64,000 nt of DNA. Source: a virus. Lineage: Duplodnaviria > Caudoviricetes. The position numbers and the translations under genes are program-made. Under the pieces are notes generated by a model, which saw only the letters and a program-made list of their open reading frames with translations, did not search any database and was not told the origin of the DNA. Position 1 is the first letter of the stretch, and the number at the start of each line of letters is the position of its first letter. Below are positions 42,579-54,458 of this stretch, in pieces. The stretch spans positions 32,001 to 96,000 of IMG/VR virus record IMGVR_UViG_2558860250_000001; one strand, 5' to 3'.

Positions 42579-43772
42579 GTGGTGCGATTGAGTCTGGAAC
42601 GCAAACCGGATGAATCGGTGTTTGAGTACAAACTGCGCATATGTCGCGAGTTAGACGGAGTGAAAACGTGGCAGGAGATAGCCGATATTGTCAACGATGA
42701 ATTGGGTACGGAGTTTGGAGAGTCAGCCATACGCAAATGGTACGTGCCGATTAGACAGTACATGGATTATCAACGTGACCATGGCAGCACAGACAATGAG
42801 TTGTTGCAACAGATTAAGGATGAACAGTTGCGACTGGAAAAGTTAAAAGTACAGGTGGCGGATGAACGTCGTGCATATAAGGCAATAGTTCGTGAGTCGG
42901 CCAGGTTTGATAATATCATCGACAAGTTGAAATCGTCATTTGATGAGTTGGCGACACTTAAGCCGTTGGAGTGGTCGAAGCCACAAACGTACATATCGAA
43001 TACAGATGGCGTGGTGCTATGGTCGGATTGGCACTACGGAGCATTCGCGGACAACTATTTCAACCAGTTTAACAATGATGTATTCAAGCGACGGTTGGAT
43101 AAGTTGATATCTAAGACGATACAGTATGGCACGTTTAATGGGATCGAGACGCTACATGTGATGAACCTCGGTGACAGTATAAGCGGCCACATTCACGTAT
43201 CAACACGTATTCAGTCAACGGAAAACGTGATTAGTCAGACACAGCATGTGAGCGAGTACATAAGTGAAGCGTTAGTTGAGTTATGTAGACACTTTGGCAA
43301 TGTAAAATATTATCATGTTCGTGGAAATCATGACAGAGTTAACCATTTATCTAAGGATACCAACATTAGCGCAGAGTCATTTTCGGATTTGATTCCGTGG
43401 TATGTGTCGGCACGTACAGGACATGTACGCAACTTGGAAATCATGGAGAACCCATACGATGATGAGATTGCAGTTGCTGATGTACAGGGTCATATTTGTT
43501 TAGGAATCCACGGGCACAAAGATAAGTTGAACAATGTGGCGGCTGATTTAACGTTGATGTTAGGTGTGAAACCAGCGTCGATATTCTTAGGACATTACCA
43601 TCACAGCGCTGAACGTGAATCAACTGGCGGAATTGATGTAATACAAAATCCATCGTACATAGGAACCGACGAATACTCGCGCAACATACGCAAGACAAGT
43701 AAACCGGCACAAAAGATGCTGATATACTCACGCGATGAAGGCAGGATTTGCACATATAACATCGGGCTGTAA
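42579..43772 (+). CDS. Calcineurin-like metallophosphoesterase/nuclease with N-terminal HTH and coiled coil
   Basis: SDWHYG, LGD, GNHDR, HGH, GHYHH. Confidence 0.85.
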   Translation: MVRLSLERKPDESVFEYKLRICRELDGVKTWQEIADIVNDELGTEFGESAIRKWYVPIRQYMDYQRDHGSTDNELLQQIKDEQLRLEKLKVQVADERRAYKAIVRESARFDNIIDKLKSSFDELATLKPLEWSKPQTYISNTDGVVLWSDWHYGAFADNYFNQFNNDVFKRRLDKLISKTIQYGTFNGIETLHVMNLGDSISGHIHVSTRIQSTENVISQTQHVSEYISEALVELCRHFGNVKYYHVRGNHDRVNHLSKDTNISAESFSDLIPWYVSARTGHVRNLEIMENPYDDEIAVADVQGHICLGIHGHKDKLNNVAADLTLMLGVKPASIFLGHYHHSAERESTGGIDVIQNPSYIGTDEYSRNIRKTSKPAQKMLIYSRDEGRICTYNIGL

Positions 43773-43787
43773 AGTAGGTGATCTCCG

Positions 43788-44091
43788 TTGTTATTAGACA
43801 CTCATATAAGCGTAAAATGGAACAGTTCTACTCGCTCGTGGTATCAAAGCAAAGGCTATACATTCACTAATTATGGAGAAGAATATCGCCGATTTAACTC
43901 CTAGCAGCAATCAAAGGATTAAGTTAGTATGTGATTATTGCGGGAAACAATACGACAAAAAATACTGCGATTACACCAAACAAAAACAAGTGTGTATTGT
44001 TGAATCTGATTCGTGTGTTAAAGAAACTATTAATAAAAAGTACGGATGCGACAATGTGTTTCAACTTGATCGTCGAAATACCGAGATATAA
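43788..44091 (+). pseudogene. Frameshifted, truncated remnant of a Zn-ribbon homing-endonuclease-like gene
   Basis: VKWNSSTRSWYQSKGYTFT in one frame, DLTPSSNQRIKLVCDYCGK...KKYGCDNVFQ in another; no nuclease domain. Confidence 0.6.
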
Positions 44092-44707
44092 GGAAAATAA
44101 AACGAGAAGACATCATTTGAGGTGAAGACGTGTTTCAACGACAGTATTCAATGGTTGTACTGTTCGGGCTGGTGATTGACACAACGATACATAATTGGTG
44201 GCTGCAATTGTTAGTTTTTATCGCAATTATATTGGCAGATGAAATAGGGTATCGATTAACGCGGAGGAGATAACATGTCATGACTTACAACTTTGATGAC
44301 GACTACAAGACGGCAATACATCAATTTCAACAGTACGTGGACGCAATTATCAATAATATAAATTTAGCACGTAAGAGTGGCACACCGATACCATTAGAAG
44401 AACGTTTGCGTCGAGTAGGTGAATTAACTGATGCGTGGATGGAACACAGTGTAAGTACATATGGGCCAGATGTGACAGATGAGCATCAACGTTTTACATA
44501 TACGCCACCAACATACCAATTAGACCGATTGGCGAGTGTGATATTGCAATGATGACGATAGGTGAACTGCGTGACCGTACCCGTGACATTTTAGTGATGG
44601 AAATTTCGAGTGGAAGGCCTGTAATTGATAATATGCACAAGTATTTTTCGCTATATTACGTATCATGTAGTCTACCAGGCACCCGCGAATACTTACAGCG
44701 ATGAGGG

Positions 44708-45499
44708 ATGATGATGCAACTTCGCCAAAAGGGGTATCAAATTGTTGATGATGAATCATACGCAGCATATCTCCAAGGTGAACGATTGGATGAGTTGGTA
44801 AATAATGAATACATAATCAACAATGACAAGGCGATGCGGTTCGACGGTGAAAACTTAATCAATCTGACATGGCCGACATTCAAGGATAAATTCAAACCGC
44901 GCAACCTGTTGCAGCAATGTGCGTTCGATTTGATGAACAACTTCGATATTCCCGTGAAAGTGTTGTGTGGATTGGCTGGCGGTGGAAAGACGAAAATTGG
45001 ACTTAAATTTGCGATGGAACATTTGCGTACGAATAAAGTTGATAAGGTGGTAATTGTACGCAATAACACGTCGATGGGAGAGGATTTGGGGGCGTTCAAA
45101 GGTAATAAAGACGCGAAGGTATTCAATTGGATGAAGCCGATTCGTGATGTTGCTCCCGATATGTTCCAATTCGATTACGAGAAGCCAACGTTTGATATTG
45201 AGTTCGAAGTCCCAGGGATGCTAATGGGAAGAGATTTCCAACGTACCGCAGTGTTGGTTGATGATGCACAACTGCTTACCACTGAGATGGTGAAAATGTG
45301 TGGAGAACGCATTGGCGAAGGTTCATATATAGTATTCTTGGGCGATTACAACCAAGCGTACAAGGCGAAGTTTAAAAAGGATAATGGCTTAGTTGCGATG
45401 ATTGAACAATTTTATCCACATAAGTTATTCGGCATGGTCGAGTTCAATAAGTCCGAACGTGGTGCCGTGGCAGAATTGTTTGCAACGATGGAGGTGTGA
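44708..45499 (+). CDS. phoH: PhoH-family ATPase
   Basis: PRNLLQ, GLAGGGKT, GRDF...VDDAQ, RIGEGS..VFLGDYNQ. Confidence 0.88.
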   Translation: MMMQLRQKGYQIVDDESYAAYLQGERLDELVNNEYIINNDKAMRFDGENLINLTWPTFKDKFKPRNLLQQCAFDLMNNFDIPVKVLCGLAGGGKTKIGLKFAMEHLRTNKVDKVVIVRNNTSMGEDLGAFKGNKDAKVFNWMKPIRDVAPDMFQFDYEKPTFDIEFEVPGMLMGRDFQRTAVLVDDAQLLTTEMVKMCGERIGEGSYIVFLGDYNQAYKAKFKKDNGLVAMIEQFYPHKLFGMVEFNKSERGAVAELFATMEV

Positions 45500-45505
45500 T
45501 GCGGA

Positions 45506-46189
45506 TTGAGTGAGATGTTGGGCGGCGTGATGCTAAATCGGATATATCAAATTCCGTGCGAAGATGGATTGAAATTGTTACCGGATGAAAGTGTTGATTT
45601 GGTGATCGCCGATCCTCCGTACGGTATTAAATTCAGAAGCAACATACGCAAGGTACGATTCGATGCAATCGATAACGATGATACATTCAATTTCGATTGG
45701 ATTGACGAAGCGTATCGTGTTCTCAAAGTTGGGGGGGCAATATACTGCTACACAAGATGGGATGTTTACCCACAATGGTTCGATAAAATCACCGATAAAT
45801 TCAAGGTAAAAAACACTATTGTATGGTACAAAAAGGGTGGCGGCCTTGGTGATTTACGTGGCGCGTACATGTTTAATCACGAATTTATCATATATGGTGT
45901 AAAGGGTCGGCACGTGTTAAATGGCAAGCGTACAAATGATGTGTGGGAGATACAAAAGGATAGTGTCAATTCATATGAACACCCGACGCAGAAGCCGTTG
46001 GCATTGAGTCAACGCATAATCGAGAAGTCGTCCAACGAAGGTGACATAGTATTGATACCATTTTGCGGAAGTGGTAGCGAGTGTGTATCTGCTACGACAT
46101 TGAAACGTAACTTTGTATCATTTGAGACAAATCCACAATACATAGAAATTGCCAATAAACGGTTAGACAACATTGAGGAGGCGACTTAA
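45506..46189 (+). CDS. Beta-class N4-C/N6-A DNA methyltransferase
   Basis: DPPY, HPTQKP, PFCGSGS. Confidence 0.92.
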   Translation: MSEMLGGVMLNRIYQIPCEDGLKLLPDESVDLVIADPPYGIKFRSNIRKVRFDAIDNDDTFNFDWIDEAYRVLKVGGAIYCYTRWDVYPQWFDKITDKFKVKNTIVWYKKGGGLGDLRGAYMFNHEFIIYGVKGRHVLNGKRTNDVWEIQKDSVNSYEHPTQKPLALSQRIIEKSSNEGDIVLIPFCGSGSECVSATTLKRNFVSFETNPQYIEIANKRLDNIEEAT

Positions 46190-46982
46190 TGGACGATGAC
46201 AACAAGTATCTACTGTCCGAGATATACATGAGTCGAATCAATAGCATTTTGTCATCGGTTAACAATGCAACTGAAGCGGTGAGTAATGCAATGGTAGCAC
46301 TCACACAGGCGATGCATAATGTGCACGTTGCTGTAGGATTGATGGATGCCGAATTGTCGGCTATTGAAGCAGAACGTACGACATGGGAAATAGAGTTTGG
46401 CGATGATGGCAGTGGAGGGATGATTAATTAGTGCGTGATGCTATGGGTGGATAGGGTGGGAACATGGATGAGGAGGTGATAGAGTGAATATTTTGGATCG
46501 TATCAACGAATTAGCAGACGGTACTGAACGTCCAATTATTGTGCTGACGCAGAATGAATATGATATGTTGGTTAAATATTGTAGTACGGACGATTCGGGA
46601 ACGTGGAACATAACTTCTATAGTATTGAAAGACGGGAGAATTGCAGACATCAAAATAATGGGAGGAGATGGATCAATGAATAACGCTAAAGCATATCGAC
46701 CATTGGGTGATGAGGTATTGAAGTATCACGTACCCACGGAATCATCCGGAAAGATTATCGACACTGTGGACAACATTTTAAATCTGGTATGGGATTTAGA
46801 TAGAGAAACATGGAGATTGAACGGTAGCGTTTATGGAGGATCTGTCAATTTTGATGGAGATAGTGGAAGTGGATTTCCAGTATCATTGCAAGATAAATTG
46901 TTATGTATCGAACGTGCGCTAAAGGAGACACGCAATACACTTGTAAATCTAGCTGACCAATTCGATGCAAGGGGATGATAGT

Positions 46983-49754
46983 GTGGCATATACATTTAAA
47001 AGTGACGTTAAATTTACACCAGGTGGATTGGATGAATTATTGGCGTTGGATAGGTATGTAGTATCTACTAACAACTCTAATGTTATTGATGTCGATGACA
47101 CAGTAGTTGTTTTGGTGGATAAACAAAAAGACATACGCAAAGTTGGCACGGTTGTACATAAAGGTACGAATACCTTCACAATTGAATCGCGAGAAGGTGA
47201 TACATACACGGTTGATGCGGAAATGGTATCTAAGCCTCTTGAGCATACACCTCAAGAATTATGGGAACGATGGTCATACGGGGCGGCAAGTGTAGAAACT
47301 GATGAAAAAGTTAGGATGGTAATGTTAGATCGCTATCGTAAATTGTTAGACGGATTCGGATATAGTCCAGGTGGTCGAATCCAATTGATGTTGGGGCAGG
47401 AATTACGAACAGGTGTTAAGGCGAATTTGACGGGGTACAATTGTTTCGTGTTAGGTACACCACAACCGTCAAATGTAGCGGTTGACCAATTCATCAATGT
47501 TTTGAAGGCTGCACATGAAGAAGCTATGACGATGCGCGTCGGCGGTGGCGTTGGGTTTAACATCAGCGAAATTCAAACGATATCCGGCGCAGGAGATATC
47601 AAAATCGAATTTAATCTCCCTGTAGACCATAAGGATTACGACGAGTTACAGGATAAGATTAAAATTGGTAAGTTTGCACATGTACATATCAATGATGAGA
47701 AGTATGGCGATTTTTATAGTTCATTGAAATATATTGTGGATGATAGCATCGAAGGGCTATTCACAGCGATGATCGATATGGTTAAATATGCGTATGAACG
47801 TCCATCTAAACCAATTACATTAGATTTTTCGCGTGTACGCCATCGTCGTGCTATCGTCAAAGGTGTAAATGGTAGGTCTTCTGGTGCAGTATCGTGGATG
47901 GAATTGTTTGACTTGATTGTATCGTTACTGAAACAAGATGAGATTGATGCGGTTGATTTTGCTGAAGTATTTAGTACCGTAACCAATTTAATTGAACAAG
48001 GCGGTTCGCGTCGTGGTGCGCTGATGCTTATCCTCGAAATGAGGCGTCGTGGCATTGTGCGTAAGTTTATTACGCGTAAACGTACAGTTGGCAAACTGAC
48101 TGGTGCGAACATTAGTGTTGGTATTGACGATGCGTTTATGGATCAACTGGACGCAGGTGACGAAGATGCAACAGAATTGTGGAATCTAATTACGGAATCC
48201 GCATGGTCATCTGCTGAACCAGGGATTGTATGGTTAGAACGGTGCAATGCAGAATCGAATAGTTGGTATTTCAATCCGCTCGTAGCAACAAATCCATGTG
48301 GTGAACAACCACTTCCACAATACGGTGTGTGTAATTTGGGGCATATTGTATTACCGCGTTACGCAAAGGGAGAACGAATTGGCCAATACAAAATGGACTG
48401 GGATGCACTCGAATATGCAGCACGCACCGGATTGCGTTTCCAAGATGCAGTGATTGATTATACTGACTATTTCTTGCCACAGAATCGAGATGTGCAATTA
48501 TCCGAACGACGTGTTGGCATGGGTACGATGGGACTCGGTACGTTGTTAATTCTACTCGGTATTAAATACGGCTCACCTGAATCTGTCGAGTTTATTGATG
48601 AATTGTATAGCAAAATTGCATATTGGGCGTATGATGAGTCAATCAAATTGGCAAGTGAAAAAGGTTCGTTTGCCAAGTTTGAATATGAGAAATTTATCCA
48701 ATCAGGTTTTATGAAGCGGTTAACTAAGCGCTATCCTGATTTGTTGCCCAAATTAAAAGAACACGGGATTCGCAACGTTACCATTTTAACCCAAGCGCCT
48801 ACCGGCAGTACGGGTACGATGATTGATAATTTACAAGGGTATGACACATCGACAGGCATTGAGCCATATTTCAGTTGGTCGTATTGGCGGGCTAGTCGCG
48901 GTGGTGGCGTGACGGAACAAGCGGTAGAATTGGTGGCTAAATATCGTGCCGAAAATGGCTTGAGTGATACCGATCCGTTGCCAGACTACTTTGTGACGGC
49001 GATGGAGTTGACACCGGAAGAACATGTGCGCGTACAGGCTGCATGTCAGAAGTGGGTGGACAGCGCGATTAGTAAAACGGCAAACGCTCCATCCGATTAT
49101 ACAGTTGAAGATGTCGATAAATTGTATAGGCTTGGTTACAAATTAGGTTTGAAAGGAATCACAATTTATCGCGACGGATCAAGGCAAGCTCAAGTGTTAG
49201 CAACCAATGAGGAGGACGCGAAGTTAGAATCGCATATTGAGGCTGAGAAGATTGAAGAGGCTAAATCAGGGGCAAGTGCTGACGATACACCACAACCGAA
49301 AATTACAAAGCGTCCAGCACGGCTATTCGGATTTACCGAGAAGGTACGTGTACCACTTAATAGTGACGGCAAATTCGGAAAGGTGTACATCACAATAAAT
49401 GTGGATGCGGACAATGGATTGCCGGTTGAAGTGTTTGTTAATGCAAATGATGCCGAATTAAGGTCGACTGGTGCAGCGTTAGGGCGTATGACAACACAAT
49501 TCCTGCGATTCGGATGTACCCAGGATAACGTTGAACAAGCCGTCAAACATTTGCGCAAAGGCGAACACATGGGTACATTGCCATTTGTTATTGCGTCGTT
49601 ACTTGAGCGTGTAGCATATGGCAAGATTGCATTCCCTGGTGTGCCGCAGCAGAAGCCAAAGTTGGCGTTGCGTGAATGTCCAAAGTGTAACGAGAACACA
49701 TACGACAAAGGTTCATGCGTGTGTGTATCATGTGGTTATAGCAGTTGTAATTAA
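46983..49754 (+). CDS. nrdJ: Class II (adenosylcobalamin-dependent) ribonucleotide reductase
   Basis: PGGR, NCFV, GGGVG, QGGSRRGA, TNPCGEQPL, CNLG, APTG, SAISKTAN, C-terminal CPKC/CVSC; no beta-subunit gene nearby. Confidence 0.93.
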   Translation: MAYTFKSDVKFTPGGLDELLALDRYVVSTNNSNVIDVDDTVVVLVDKQKDIRKVGTVVHKGTNTFTIESREGDTYTVDAEMVSKPLEHTPQELWERWSYGAASVETDEKVRMVMLDRYRKLLDGFGYSPGGRIQLMLGQELRTGVKANLTGYNCFVLGTPQPSNVAVDQFINVLKAAHEEAMTMRVGGGVGFNISEIQTISGAGDIKIEFNLPVDHKDYDELQDKIKIGKFAHVHINDEKYGDFYSSLKYIVDDSIEGLFTAMIDMVKYAYERPSKPITLDFSRVRHRRAIVKGVNGRSSGAVSWMELFDLIVSLLKQDEIDAVDFAEVFSTVTNLIEQGGSRRGALMLILEMRRRGIVRKFITRKRTVGKLTGANISVGIDDAFMDQLDAGDEDATELWNLITESAWSSAEPGIVWLERCNAESNSWYFNPLVATNPCGEQPLPQYGVCNLGHIVLPRYAKGERIGQYKMDWDALEYAARTGLRFQDAVIDYTDYFLPQNRDVQLSERRVGMGTMGLGTLLILLGIKYGSPESVEFIDELYSKIAYWAYDESIKLASEKGSFAKFEYEKFIQSGFMKRLTKRYPDLLPKLKEHGIRNVTILTQAPTGSTGTMIDNLQGYDTSTGIEPYFSWSYWRASRGGGVTEQAVELVAKYRAENGLSDTDPLPDYFVTAMELTPEEHVRVQAACQKWVDSAISKTANAPSDYTVEDVDKLYRLGYKLGLKGITIYRDGSRQAQVLATNEEDAKLESHIEAEKIEEAKSGASADDTPQPKITKRPARLFGFTEKVRVPLNSDGKFGKVYITINVDADNGLPVEVFVNANDAELRSTGAALGRMTTQFLRFGCTQDNVEQAVKHLRKGEHMGTLPFVIASLLERVAYGKIAFPGVPQQKPKLALRECPKCNENTYDKGSCVCVSCGYSSCN

Positions 49755-49878
49755 AACAATATATTACACTCTTGGGTACGTCGGTGATGGCGTACCTTTT
49801 ATATTATATAATGATTGCAATTGTATGATACAGTTGATATAATGAGTGTAGGAACAAATTACATATTGAAAGGGTGAG

Positions 49879-50237
49879 ATGAGATTAAGTTTCGCGCGTG
49901 GGATGTCCTCGACAAGCGGATGTTGGAGTGGGGTGATATATTCCACCTGCCTGCATGGGAAATCTTCCCTGGCACTCCAGAGCAACGGGCGTTTGAAATC
50001 ATGCAATATACGGGTTTGCGCGACAAGTACGGAAAGGATATTTACGAGGGAGATATTATTCGTAGTTACGACGAATTTGGTAAGCCGTTTCCTTGGTTGA
50101 GTGTGGTTTCGTATAGTACACAACAGGCGCGTTTCATGGGAATAGCCCCAGACTATATCAATCTACAAGAAGTCATCGGCAACATCTACGAGAACCCAGA
50201 CCTGTTGAGGAGTGAGGAAAATGAGAGTAACAGATGA
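49879..50237 (+). pseudogene. YopX-family protein with out-of-frame start
   Basis: EIKFRAWD, MQYTGLRDKYGKDIYEGDI, EVIGNIYENPDLL. The IKFRAWD frame is preceded by TGA and the ATG at 49879 is in another frame. Confidence 0.7.
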
Positions 50238-50396
50238 ACGACTAGCGGAAATTCAATCGTTACCACTTGTGCCGTTTGGCAAAGAAATATTAGACATCAT
50301 AGCAGACCTACAAGATGCCAGGGCGGAGATAGCGCGGTTGAAACGCATCGCGGATGGTGGTCAGTTACCAGATTTCGCCTGGGAGGATGAATTCTG

Positions 50397-50795
50397 ATGC
50401 CACAGTACGATTGGGAGACAATGACTTTTGAAGAAAAACACCACCTTCTAGCGGAAAAAGTGATGGAGTGGACAGTTGGAGAGCACCCTGAATTGCATGG
50501 AACTGGACAGATGATGGTGGAGTATGAGGAGCCTGTGTACTTCCGACAGGATGGAACATTCCTCTGCGAATGTGAATGGTATCCGACGGAAGACATATCC
50601 GCAGCGTGGGAAGTGGTGGAGAAGATGAAACAGGACGGATGGTTGCCAAGTATTGAATACTTCGAAAAGGCGATTAGAAAAGGGTACGAAGTTACGATGG
50701 GCCACATGTCAGAGGACGCTCAATGGGCTATATCTGAAACGGCACCCGAAGCCATTTGTCTCGCTGCCCTGCGTGCAAAAGGAGTAGATGTGTGA
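50397..50795 (+). CDS. Phage ABA-sandwich (BC1872-like) protein
   Basis: AEKVMEW, PTEDISAAWEVVEKM, TAPEAICLAAL. Confidence 0.7.
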   Translation: MPQYDWETMTFEEKHHLLAEKVMEWTVGEHPELHGTGQMMVEYEEPVYFRQDGTFLCECEWYPTEDISAAWEVVEKMKQDGWLPSIEYFEKAIRKGYEVTMGHMSEDAQWAISETAPEAICLAALRAKGVDV

Positions 50796-51470
50796 TGGCT
50801 AAACGCAAGGTCAGACAGCAACGTCGATTTTGGGAATGGCAATGGGTGTATCCAGAGCATGGCCCACGTTACATGATGCCGACATGGCAAGTTAAACGGA
50901 ATGGACGGTGACAAGTGATGGCACTTACACGAGAACAGGTGGAAGCCATAGTCACTATTGGAGAAAAGACAGGGTACGAGGACTTGGTTGAGGTAGCGCG
51001 GGATTGGTTGCAAAAGGACGAGCAGAATCGGCGGATGCGTGCGGCGCTGGAACAAATATCGATAACTACGGATGAGATATACGGGGTCGAATTTGCATCC
51101 GCGTCATCCATAATCGCACGCAAAGCACTCGCAGACATAGATGCAGACGTATGTACAGTGTGTAGCGGTACAAGGTTAGTCGAAGTTACGACGCGTGAAG
51201 GTCAAAAAGAACACGGTGAAATCATTCGCGTTCAAGTACCGTGTGCCAAGTGTAGCGGAGCAGACGCAGAAGATGGTGGTGTGGAATGAGTCATTTCCTG
51301 TACGAAGCAGGCTTATGGATACTCGTTATCGTTGAATGCTTCTTTGCATTGATTATGCTGGCATTCTTCATATTCGGCGGACGGATTAGGTGGTCGATTG
51401 AACTAAACGGGCCAATGCGATTTATGTCTGCCAAGAACCACGAGGACGATACAGAAGGGAAGCGGTCAGA

Positions 51471-51791
51471 GTGATTACATCTGACGGAAAGACGCAGGAA
51501 ACAGTTGTATATCGGCATTACAAAGGCAATCGGTACGTTGTAATTGCTGAAGCTCCTCACACTGAAACAGGCGAATTGTTTGTCATATATCACCGCGAAG
51601 ATGGAACTCCTGGTGTTTGGGCTAGACCATACGAAATGTTTCATGGATACACGGAATCGGGCATAAAACGATTCGAACGGATTTATGAGAGTGCGACAGG
51701 CGTGCCGTTGTGTCCTAAGTGCTGGAAACCAACTGTTACAAATGGTCAATATTGCTCTGTGGAATGCGCAACGGGCGGTGATTCGGAGTGA
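51471..51791 (+). CDS. DUF1653 domain protein
   Basis: YRHYKGNRY.V...A.HTETGE..VIY...WARPYEMF. Confidence 0.85.
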   Translation: MITSDGKTQETVVYRHYKGNRYVVIAEAPHTETGELFVIYHREDGTPGVWARPYEMFHGYTESGIKRFERIYESATGVPLCPKCWKPTVTNGQYCSVECATGGDSE

Positions 51792-51905
51792 CCGACGCAC
51801 AGCGGTTGGAAGAGATACGTGGAAGACATGGAATACACGCGAAATACCACGATACCGCACGTTGCAACCAGTGTTTCCTTCTATCGCAACTCGACGAAGC
51901 CAATC

Positions 51906-53647
51906 AGACGATAGCAGACTTACGCGAGAGCCGACAAGCTATTTATGACCGAGCTATCCAGCATGAGAACACGATAGCGGAGAAAGACGCCGAGAATCGT
52001 AGGTTGCGCGAGGCGTTGGAGTTAGCAGAGACAGCTATTCGAAACGGAGACCATCCAGAGCTTGTATTAGTACACATCCAGCAAGCGCTCGAAGACATAG
52101 ACGCAGGTAGATATGCAACGCCTCAACAATCGCTTGAGGATTCTTTGAAGCAAATGAAGAAAATTCGAAACGGTGAGTTGCCTAAGACGACATGGCACGA
52201 GTTTAAACGTGAGTTAGACGCAGAGGATGGTGATTCAGATTGACGTAATACAGACTGGAATTATCGTCAAAACGTGAATATTACATAGCGGTGAATGCTG
52301 TCAACGAGTATCGTCGACTTATATGGCAACGTGAACAGATTACTAAATTTCTTGAAAGCAAACAGTTCCACATGGGCGATTATGTCATCAAGAAAGGAAC
52401 GTCGTACTTTGATGGCGTGTTCGGAACTGGTGAAGGCGAGATCGGAAAGATCGTTGGCTGGGACTTCGAGAACAATTACTACAGGGTGTATTACAGCGAG
52501 CAAAACCCATATATCGGCGTTAGAGAAGAGAATCTGGAATTGTATGAAAGCGAAGTCCCGGAGCATTTGCAACGTTGTAAGCCATTTGACCCAGAACGGA
52601 TTTGGGTGAAAGTGTGTGATTCAGACGGATGCAGAGTCGGTATATAACGAACGAAAGTTAGCTGAAATTCGAGACAGACACGATGAATGGAGGGCGAACC
52701 ATTACTACCTAGATATCGGGTTCCTTCTCGCTCAACTCGACAAAGCCAATCAGACGATAGCTCGCTTTGAAGCGGACGATGAGCGCTTGCAGGCTATGCA
52801 TACCGAGTCAGAAGCAAGGTTGCGGCAATTGTTGGCGGAGAAGGACGCTGAGATAGAGCGGTTGAACGATGTGATTCGGACGTTAGGGCTGGCGCTGAAT
52901 TCCGCAGTCAAACCTCGAAATCCAGAACATCTTACTATCAAACTGTCTGATCACAGTGAGCCAGAAGGAAGTAGGTGACAACGTATGACGGATGCACAGC
53001 GATTGGAAGAGATACGTGAGCATTTACATCACAATCGAGTTTTGCATGAAAGTGACGCGCAGTTCCTTCTCTCGAAACTCGACGCAGCCAATCGGATGCT
53101 AGCGAAGAAAAATATGGAAATAAAACGGCTGCGCAAAGAACTAGAATGGATTCGCGATCATGTACTATGGGGAAATGCTGACATTACCTGTATAAAGGTG
53201 CATGACAGGGCTATTCTGGCACTCTTTGAGGCTAGCAGAACATATGCAGAGGATGGTGAAGTAGATGGGGAAACGGAGTAATCCAGAGGAATTTTGGCGA
53301 CACATAAAAACCAAAGGAGCGGCCAGAATGACGGACGCAGAATTGCGTAGGTTCATCGACGATAATGATGGCCTTGGGCCAGCAATGGCGCACAAGCTCA
53401 TGGATAAACTTGACGAAGCCAATCGGACGATAGCGGAACTAGAGAAACGGGCGCGAGAAAGCTATGCGGACGGATACCAACAAGGCCGTTTTGACGAAGA
53501 TATGGCATGGTTGTATGAGGGGAAACGCGACAAGACGATAGCGGAGTTACGCGAGAGCCGACAAGTGATTTACGACCGAGCTATCCAACATGAGAACACG
53601 ATAGCGAAGAAAGACGCAGAAATCGAGCGGTTGCGCGAGGCGTTGGA
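51906..53647 (+). repeat. 115-bp imperfect direct repeat (51906-52020 and 53533-53647) within mosaic coiled-coil genes
   Basis: Both copies encode TIA(D/E)LRESRQ.IYDRAIQHENTIA.KDAE..RLREALE. Confidence 0.9.
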
Positions 53648-54458
53648 AGCATTGGACAGACGTGGAGGACTAGGATACGAGTGGCATTACATGATAAGCC
53701 AAGCCCTTGCAGGCATAGAAGCAGGTAGCGGAGCAGACAAGGGGGAAGGGTGATGTGTAATGGGACTACAAAATGAGTTGCCCACGAAACTTGACTATGA
53801 AACAGAACGCTCAATCCCAGTCGGACTACACAATGTACTCGACTTCCAGCGACTTAGCGTGCGTTTGTGGAATCAGCCTAACCACACTGCTAGGGAGCGA
53901 AGACTGTTCGAAAAGTTGATGCAGTGGAACAACGTTTTGGTGGCACGAAAGAGTGGATACGTATGGTGTGGTTGGTGCAAGGATCGAGGGTATCGGTACC
54001 TACCTCGCGGTATCGTCACGTGTGAATGTGCTGCCACAGGTCACGCAGAGATGCGACGTCTAAAGTTCAGGGTTTTAGGCAGGAGAGCATACGTAAAGGA
54101 CGGTGACAAAGCATGACCGACGGGCGGGTGTTGAGCAAACAAAGCATTCGTCAACGCGAGAAGGATGCAATATTGTGGCTCGAATGCAATCCAGATGACT
54201 TGAAAACGAAGCGAGAGTTAGATTTATTCGCCACCATCCGTGACCTTCAATGCCAGTTGTCGGAGTTAAAGGACACAAATGAAATATTACGCGATAACAT
54301 GCACCAAGCATTCGGTTACATGGCACAGTGTCCCCAATGTCGCGGTATCTTGCCGGATCATGCAGATGGCTGCGCGTTATACGAGGCGATGGAGGCAACC
54401 AAATGAACGGTGGACCCGCAGAATTATTTATTGACGGTAATAGGATTGGTGAAGTCGC

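Noticed and set aside
44549-44707. Possible intron upstream of phoH
   Set aside because: The interval is explained by a 51-aa ORF (MMTIGELRDR...); no splice signature.
46983-49754. Intein or intron in nrdJ
   Set aside because: The ORF is continuous and no C...HN-C/S/T intein boundaries were seen.
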